From Tetramitus jugosus (Eukaryota; Protista; Heterolobosea): a stretch of 64,000 nucleotides of DNA. Within the stretch, counting starts at the first letter, position 1. Every line of letters starts with the position of its first letter. A model generated the notes under the pieces. The model saw nothing but the letters and a program-made list of their open reading frames with translations. It did not search any database and was not told where the DNA came from. Positions 57,901 to 64,000 of the stretch are shown piece after piece. The stretch spans positions 186,001 to 250,000 of the forward strand of contig OW569344.1 of NCBI GenBank assembly GCA_937625935.1, given 5' to 3'. The translations under genes were made by a program, and so were the position numbers.

Positions 57901-59037
57901 CCAACGAATCATTGCTCTCTCATACTCTTCAAAAGTTTCATAAAACTCTGGCTTTGGCTCCAGTGGAATCAAATTACTTTCCCAAGTGTCCTCTCCGTCC
58001 AAGATATTGAACGTGGCAGATGTACCATCCTCTAACGAATTCTTCTTTTTCCTCATTGCAGCAGCCACTAGATCATCACTCGTATGTGATACATTCGGTC
58101 TAAAATAGTGTCTTCCCATGACGATGGGCAACTGTAAATAACCGATGCGATTCCTGACGTCTTCACCCCACTTTTGCAATGCTGTTTCATATTCTTCAAA
58201 CGATGAAAACGAGTATGGATTAGGTATGGTCTGATAGAGATCAGGGTCATGACAATACTCGTACTCTCTCAAATAATCTTCTTGTGTTGGTTCGACTTGT
58301 GCAAGTGTTGTTGCATCTTGTTCAACAAACGCAGCACTCGTATCATTATTATTGTTGCTTGTTGTCTCAGTAGATCCTGTCATTTTTTGTTCATAGCTAG
58401 AGATGGCAGACTGGGCCAAGTGTAGTCCTTCTTCTGTGACGTGAGAGAACTTGCCACGATTCTGCAAATGCGCTGCATCCTGTCTCAAAACTGGCATATA
58501 GTGCTTATCGTACAGTGTCCCATCCTCACCCAAGAATACTGGAAACTGTTCTTGTGCTTCTTCTGCACGTTGATTATTGTTGTTACTGTTATTGTTACTG
58601 TTACTGAGGAAGGAAATCATTGCCTTTTGTTGTTCAATAATGAGATCAGAGCTCTCTCCAGAGGTCATGAGTGGACCACGGTACAATTTTCCAGCACCAT
58701 GAGCCTCAAACTCTCTCCCGTGAATCAAATCAACTGCAACTTTTTCCTTGATTCTACTCAATGTCGTTGCATTGACAATATCCTTTTCTTTTTTCTTTGC
58801 TAGTGTACCGAGAGCTCTCATTCGGTCCAATCTCTGATTAGATTGTTTCTGGTAGTGCATGTGTCTCAATTTTGCACGCTCCAACGGGTCCAAAACACTG
58901 GCTGATGCACTGCCATACAATTGTTGATGATTTTCGAGTGATGATTTCAAATCGTCTTCAAACAGTTGAGAATCCTTTTGGAGGATGAGCTCAAATTCTT
59001 CATCAGTCAATTCGGCATGGTGATCAATAGAGGACAT
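54934..59037 (-). CDS. Large hypothetical protein with helical-repeat-like C-terminal half
   Basis: 1367-aa uninterrupted ORF; no family recognised. Confidence 0.8.
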   Translation of the reverse strand: MSSIDHHAELTDEEFELILQKDSQLFEDDLKSSLENHQQLYGSASASVLDPLERAKLRHMHYQKQSNQRLDRMRALGTLAKKKEKDIVNATTLSRIKEKVAVDLIHGREFEAHGAGKLYRGPLMTSGESSDLIIEQQKAMISFLSNSNNNSNNNNQRAEEAQEQFPVFLGEDGTLYDKHYMPVLRQDAAHLQNRGKFSHVTEEGLHLAQSAISSYEQKMTGSTETTSNNNNDTSAAFVEQDATTLAQVEPTQEDYLREYEYCHDPDLYQTIPNPYSFSSFEEYETALQKWGEDVRNRIGYLQLPIVMGRHYFRPNVSHTSDDLVAAAMRKKKNSLEDGTSATFNILDGEDTWESNLIPLEPKPEFYETFEEYERAMIRWSIIVMGLDHLPPHSAQFQKLMGLRIVDPPTHPIADVEVDSLDKKNNDEEEEELEDKNQYTTSNKTQTRQKKRRRRPSDIDHVYRDNNEHLSYKGSDEWTKLKEQDQELIRKAFNKVWETQCQNRAKYGVFHTQVVPFIHGVFEDENRHKLLRRLSLSKMIKIGVEQKKKIETTNDWITQLRRERSISSVVAKSSDPYNWAIIDDLKHQIALRRLDLSEEQLNEAHDCNLTEQGREVTFKIPPFDIGIIEFNLLKENSYIGFLQILLKRMDFSQRYAVLNSWYYPKIPKEVHEKNVTELVRMFDEVQHPTQVTPKMFLDIFKTDAYLDIFADFFDRKPTYKILYKGNQEIKKFSELLQVATTIDTFKSALEMLSSSRSALLRAKVSFFITSLLKNEKGVPIMETFIGNCDVQGLYDVACAVTFYDEVPVQLFRFTMEMQALVKIRFGASVSNFINDIVLIYLLSSLCVSMTEENVYRVYPLFLSSIQQKVGTCVKYLEQNPEFFQMHMWSMIGSRSVQISSLGTFVLRFLFSLGHESTINKLFKSTDIIVIHLRRLATSKIGHVQTAVGKLFQYLEDERWQSLFTKVYSMANNVVDDLVKSAHHSPLDSQPPLISSCVFKGLSDALTIKDYDNEDGKNPENHESYQMILGLIKDEGFHAVLSEVIATSRERRMHQGTIMGAMFLAKFAKFVVCNSMITGKDANKKSSSGGKQILSMFGRNKKKDNSAEANSNEYTGPKLEITTADISQMMDFVCSENTKNRRAYRPRMFMLEALRHLMKCSSVFEMVTVDKSFLTRIYEICEDGMDMDFNRNAWRFLYQIIKFHPNTIETIIKCNCMANFLELIGMKIGRSSTVTTNSIHYFNKIFNLPENTLVDHTAEAEDMDNEKRVSVTKRGFNVPSSSVVEKYANSVKALSDQIIQRQLYNNFHLVYTKLIINYQGWPFQSMVELYRTLNTHSSCAKIAQIFKKQPEYKNGLDKVADMIRGHSEH

Positions 59038-59542
59038 GATGATGATGATGATGAATATGATATATCAAAGTAGTAGTAGTAGTAGGTGATATATGTAGAA
59101 GAGTGTTGTTTGGTTGGTTGGGTGGAAATGTAAGTGTGTGTGTGTGATGACTCTTTGTGTTTGGATGTTTGGAGTTTGTGGCTGATGAGAGAGTCTCAGC
59201 GTAGTTGTTCTCGTTGTTGTGGCTTTTTGTTTGTGTAAGTAGTTTTGTGGGTGACTTGTCCGTGATTAATTTGTCAAACGTGTCAAACGTCATGAACAGT
59301 AGGAGTTTGAGAAATTCCGTTGAGGGCAGTCGCTTGAGTGTGTTGATAGCCAGAAGCTGTTCTTTAGGTCAGAGTTGTAGTGGAGTGAATTGCCTGCTGG
59401 TTCCTGGCGTTTGAAGTTCTTGTATCACTCACAGGTTAGGTATGGCACAGTATCTTGTTGCGACCCATCACAACAAGAATTTGCTCAGAGCGGCAAAATT
59501 ATTTGTTAGCTTCTATCAACGATCGAAGCACACAGTGAATAG

Positions 59543-61580
59543 GAATTTTTTGAGTCATTCAGTGAAAATTGTGTGATGAGCAACGGTGAAGCAACACTGA
59601 TCATTCAGGGAGCAGAGAACCCCACAATAAACGATATTCTCGACCGTTTTGTTCTCCTGTACTATTGGAGTTCATCCACAAAAGATGCCAAGAACGTCTG
59701 TAAGAGAATCATCAAAGAATTCAATAAATTGACTCCTGCCATTGGTTTGTACGATAGCCACATGACTACTGATAGTTGTGAATGTTCAGAAAAGGATATG
59801 GAGCTACGGTGGAGAGACGTTTATTTGAATGTGTATCGTAATCAGTATGAGAAGCTCAAGAAGGATGCTTCCTCGCATCGAAACGAAGAAGATGCTTGTG
59901 TGGCTTCGTGTTTTGGTGAGAGCTTATTCCGCAAAATGTTCAAGGTATGAATATCTTGTGAATGTTGTCAACAAGAGCTATTGATGGATGATGTTTGTGT
60001 TCATCTGAAGCTCCTGTTCAACATGCTTTTGTTTCAGTTGTGGCCATATAGAAGATTGACCAAACCATACCGTATTGTTGTTGTTCGTTTGTTGTTGAAC
60101 ATATTAGGACATTTATGCTGTGGTGCATAGTGAGACAAATGGAAAAGTGGCAAAGTCTGTACTGGGAAAGATGTATGATGAGTTGACAGATGAAAACAGC
60201 ATTGTATTTAAGACGAACTTTGATAGTTTACTTGCTGATCAGCGAGAAGTTATTAGTAGTGGTAAGAGAAGGGGGGCAAAGCGATCGCGTGCTACTCAGG
60301 AGAGCAGTCAAGTATCTTTGAAGGAGAATCATTCATTGGTGAGTATGCATTCGATTATTTCGAACAATATAGATGCGATACCAGTGCCAAAACGTGTAAA
60401 GTTAGAAGATAATACTCCACAAGTGAGCTCAAATGGACCAGTGGATAGAATTGTTGTGTGGGCACAACCTGAGTCGAACGATGTTGAAGACGAGGAGGTG
60501 GACGGAGAAGAAGGTGTTCGAGGCAGCGTAGCGAGAGATGAGACAGCGAAGAGAGAAGAAGAATTTGGCATGTTATTTTTCGAGGTCGTAAAGAATGATG
60601 GCACTATCAGATCATTAGAGAAGCTTCTTGCTCTCAAAAATATATTTGGGAGGCAATTACCAAAAATGCCAAAGGATTATATGTCGAGATTAGTATTTGA
60701 TCATAATCATCGATCAATGATTGGATACAAGGGAAATAGAGTGGTCGGTGGGATTACCTTTCGCCCCTTTTTTGAGCAAGGATTCGGAGAGATAGCATTT
60801 TGCGCCATTATCGGAACAGAGCAAGTCAAAGGTTACGGAACGAGATTAATGAATCACTTAAAGGATTATTGCCAAGGAATTCGTGTATTCCGGTTTTTAA
60901 CTTATGCTGATAACCATGCAACAAATTACTTCAAAAAGCAAGGATTCTCAAAGGAAATAACACTAGATGAAACCAAATACAAAGGATATATTAAAGATTA
61001 TGACGGAGGAACGCTAATGGAGTGCGTTTTGAGACCAAAGATCCCATACTTGGATGTGCCAGGTATGCTTCGACAGCAACGAGCTGCTGTTTATGAGAAA
61101 ATGAAAGAAATTTCAAACTCTCATATTGTGCATCCAGGCCTTGAAATATTTAAGGAGGGAGGTAAAATTACCTCGGTTGATCAAATACCCGGACTGCGGG
61201 AGGCTGGATTTAAAGATGAGGATGTCGGTGTCAGTGGTGCCGCCAATGAGAAGTCAAAGAAACAACAGAAGATTTTACGAAAGGTTCTCGCACAACTTCA
61301 AGATCATGATGATTCTTGGCCTTTTCTACAACCTGTTGATCGAGATGCAGTGCCCGATTATTATGATGTGATCAAAGAACCGATTGATTTGTCTACAATT
61401 GAGAGCAGATTGGAAGATAACTACTATCGAACTCATGATATATTTGTGAGTGATTTACGATTAATGTTCAATAACTGTCGAACATATAATCGAGCTACCA
61501 CTCCGTACTACAAGTGTGCAGATACGTTGGAACGTTTCTTCAAAGAAACAATGAAACGGGTATTATCTTCTTTACGATAA
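59543..61580 (+). CDS. GCN5: Histone acetyltransferase GCN5/PCAF (HAT plus bromodomain); intron 59945-60107; 5' exons unresolved
   Basis: QLPKMPKDY, FGEIAFCAI, QVKGYGTRLMNHLKD, YADN, IKDYDGGTLMEC; bromodomain SWPFLQPV...PDYYDVIKEPIDL...NCRTYN. The upstream exon splices in frame (FK|DIY). A likely acceptor at 59542 suggests further 5' exons. Confidence 0.92.
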
Positions 61581-61718
61581 AAACGATATTGACAGCTTGA
61601 CATCGCATGTCATTTGTTGTTCATTGTTTTCATTGAATGTGTTAGTCAGCATTTTCAATTACAGCAATGCTCTACCTCGGATCCTACTCCTAAACTTTTC
61701 ATAAACACATGATAATTT

Positions 61719-63725
61719 ATGAAGAGAAGCAAGAGCCCCTCACTCGTTTATCGAACTCCTCTTTACCGAACGCCAAGATCTCATGATAGAACTAGAGATA
61801 GTGCCAAGAGCGCCCAAAACAGAAGCAAATCATACTCCGTGTACTCGGATATTGATCAGATGATGTTTGAGATGGATATCAACACTCCATCAGCCAATTT
61901 GAACGTTGCTACTTACACGAAGGATCGGACCATTCTATCAGAAAGACGAAAATCTCTGTTTATGACCCCTGTAAGAGGTAACGAACACTACAATGGATTT
62001 ATCACTGACGCTCATAAGAGAAGATCACCTTCTCGCACGAAACGAAGGAATCCTCTAACTTCGCAGACTAGCTTGATGGAGTTGAAGAGAAATGATAGCA
62101 ATCTCTTGAATCTTGTTCGTTCATTAAGAGGTCCCGATTTTAACGATGATCTTGACACTACTGACGTATTCGATGATGGTACAGGCTTTATGTTTCTCTC
62201 TGGTGAGGCCTATGAGGATTTTATGCAGCAGGAGCTAAAAACCCGATCAATGTCCTCTCCTGCAAAGCAAATTCCAGCTGAGACGATGGAATACTCTCCA
62301 TCTGTCGCTCATAGAGCTTATTCCCGACCTGACTCAGCCTTAACTTTTATCAGTACGTTAGAACCTTTATCTGCACATCGAAGTTCGTCTCTGGATGAGA
62401 TAAACGACGAGACAGTGTCACCCGAAAGGAAATTGACCTGTGTGGAAGAATTTTGCACGGATGTAATGTCATCATTCTATCAGAGAGGTTTGAACGAGAA
62501 AGATTTGCATCAAATCGCGGATGTACGAATTACTGGGGTTGCCTTGGCTCGGATGATTTATGGACGAAAATCGTTGCAATTTGCCCACCAAATTGTTCAA
62601 CTTGCTTCGGTTTATGTAAAAATGAATACTTATGAACAAGCAATGCCTCACCTGAGTAAAGCGCTCGAGCTTATTACAGATCACTTGGGAAAATCGAAGA
62701 AGTCATACAACAATATAGCTCTATTTTCATCTGTGGATCCCAACAAACTCAAGGCTATGTTGAAAGAAGGCAAAAAGCTCTTGCCTATCTTGTTAACATC
62801 ACTTGGAAGGTGTTATCTAGATATAGGAATGATTACAGATGCCAATACTTGCTTACAGGAAGCGTATCGTCAACATAAGCTGATATATGATGAGGATACA
62901 TCGAAAGAAAATGAATTTGAGTACGACATACTCCTGAGTCTCAATGACTTGTACATGAAATTGGAGAAACCAGAGAAGGCAATGAAATGCCTCGAACAAG
63001 CATGGGAACTCAAAGAGGCACTAGTGGGAAGTGAACAACACCCAGATATTGCTAAAATATACAGGGAAATGGGAACTGTCCATTGGAAGTCTGGTTCCAA
63101 TGATGAGGCGATCTCTGCATTTACAAAATCTCAATCCATTTATACCTCTCTTGCAGGAGAAGTGAATGCAGCAAATGCAAGCATTGTAAGTTACTTTCTA
63201 GGAGTTGTTCATTACTCTTCTGGAAATCTAGACAGAGCACTTGGAGATTTAGAGATCTCCTTGAAAGGAGTTGAGGCTTTCTTTGGTCCACTACACAACA
63301 AAACCCTGCGAGTTTATCGGAAGTTAGCTGAGTTGGCTCTCGAGAAAGCCAAGATATGTTTAGCAGACAGGAACGTTCAACAGTTTAGAAGGGAAACAAC
63401 GAGGGAGACTGAATACAACGGAGATCAAAACGTCAATCTGCTAATCAAGAAGACAGTGTTCCTTTATCGAGAGTTACTGAAGCGGCAACTCGAATCATAC
63501 GGCGAAGAGAGCGAAAGTGTGGCAATGACCTACGAGATTCTTGGAGATGTTTATGCTCTGCAAGATGATCACCTGAAGGCAAGCTTGATGCTTAGGAAGG
63601 CGACAGAGATCATGACTGAGTTGTTTGGCGCAAATGATCGAAGGACGATGGCGGCATCCGACAAATACAACGAAGCCAACAGCGAGCTGTACAGTCAAGA
63701 GACCAACATTCTCTACGATGAGTAG
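61719..63725 (+). CDS. Tetratricopeptide-repeat protein (kinesin-light-chain/TTC23-like TPRs)
   Basis: HPDIAKIYREMGTVH and SESVAMTYEILGDVY-type TPRs, with a disordered basic N-terminus. Confidence 0.82.
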   Translation: MKRSKSPSLVYRTPLYRTPRSHDRTRDSAKSAQNRSKSYSVYSDIDQMMFEMDINTPSANLNVATYTKDRTILSERRKSLFMTPVRGNEHYNGFITDAHKRRSPSRTKRRNPLTSQTSLMELKRNDSNLLNLVRSLRGPDFNDDLDTTDVFDDGTGFMFLSGEAYEDFMQQELKTRSMSSPAKQIPAETMEYSPSVAHRAYSRPDSALTFISTLEPLSAHRSSSLDEINDETVSPERKLTCVEEFCTDVMSSFYQRGLNEKDLHQIADVRITGVALARMIYGRKSLQFAHQIVQLASVYVKMNTYEQAMPHLSKALELITDHLGKSKKSYNNIALFSSVDPNKLKAMLKEGKKLLPILLTSLGRCYLDIGMITDANTCLQEAYRQHKLIYDEDTSKENEFEYDILLSLNDLYMKLEKPEKAMKCLEQAWELKEALVGSEQHPDIAKIYREMGTVHWKSGSNDEAISAFTKSQSIYTSLAGEVNAANASIVSYFLGVVHYSSGNLDRALGDLEISLKGVEAFFGPLHNKTLRVYRKLAELALEKAKICLADRNVQQFRRETTRETEYNGDQNVNLLIKKTVFLYRELLKRQLESYGEESESVAMTYEILGDVYALQDDHLKASLMLRKATEIMTELFGANDRRTMAASDKYNEANSELYSQETNILYDE

Positions 63726-63742
63726 CAGTAAATCATCTATGT

Positions 63743-64000
63743 TTATTTATTTTTCTTCTCAGTTCCCTTTGATGAAGAAGTGTTGGCGGTGATAGCTGAC
63801 TTGTTCTTCAACACTGGGTTGTTGACGTAGGTACGACCACTCTTTCCGAACACTGCCCACATGAGGTAAATAATGAACAGCCAGACAAACATGAGAATAT
63901 AGGCTAGATCGCCCAATACTTTGTAATCCTTGAATGGAGACTGTACATGCACATCAACTTGGTACTTGCCCAAGAACAAATTAATAGAGTCCAACTTTTG
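63743..64000 (-). CDS. 3' end of a membrane protein (5' part outside the window)
   Basis: Open frame with TM segment LAYILMFVWLFIIYLMWAVF and basic tail EKKNK. The stop overlaps AATAAA. Confidence 0.65.
   Translation of the reverse strand, partial: QKLDSINLFLGKYQVDVHVQSPFKDYKVLGDLAYILMFVWLFIIYLMWAVFGKSGRTYVNNPVLKNKSAITANTSSSKGTEKKNK

Overview
Gene-dense, AT-rich eukaryotic DNA with short GT-AG introns, CTAAC-type branch sites and poly-N/Q/D tracts. The gene content resembles a heterolobosean (Naegleria-like) protist; this taxon call is an inference. About 33 host genes are supported, including NAA30, RBBP4, two mitochondrial carriers, LplA, an inositol phosphate kinase, a CIPK, an IRE/MAST kinase, MND1, a bacterial-type PARG, UBC13, UPF1, ZGRF1, a papain-family protease and GCN5. 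The standout is an intact 5.2 kb non-LTR retrotransposon (14743-19950, minus strand; ORF1 plus APE-RT-RNase H-CCHC ORF2) with a perfect 17-bp target-site duplication. It has almost no 5' UTR, no poly(A) tail and a structured 3' end, and it lies at the centre of the divergent promoter between meiotic MND1 and a thioredoxin gene. Other leads are a ~270-nt structured intergenic segment (2812-3084) that is also an in-frame extension behind a TGA stop, a GCN5 with a PCAF-N-like domain, a BAR-GYF fusion and a membrane-anchored pseudo-carboxypeptidase. All family calls are by-eye motif recognition; no database search was run.
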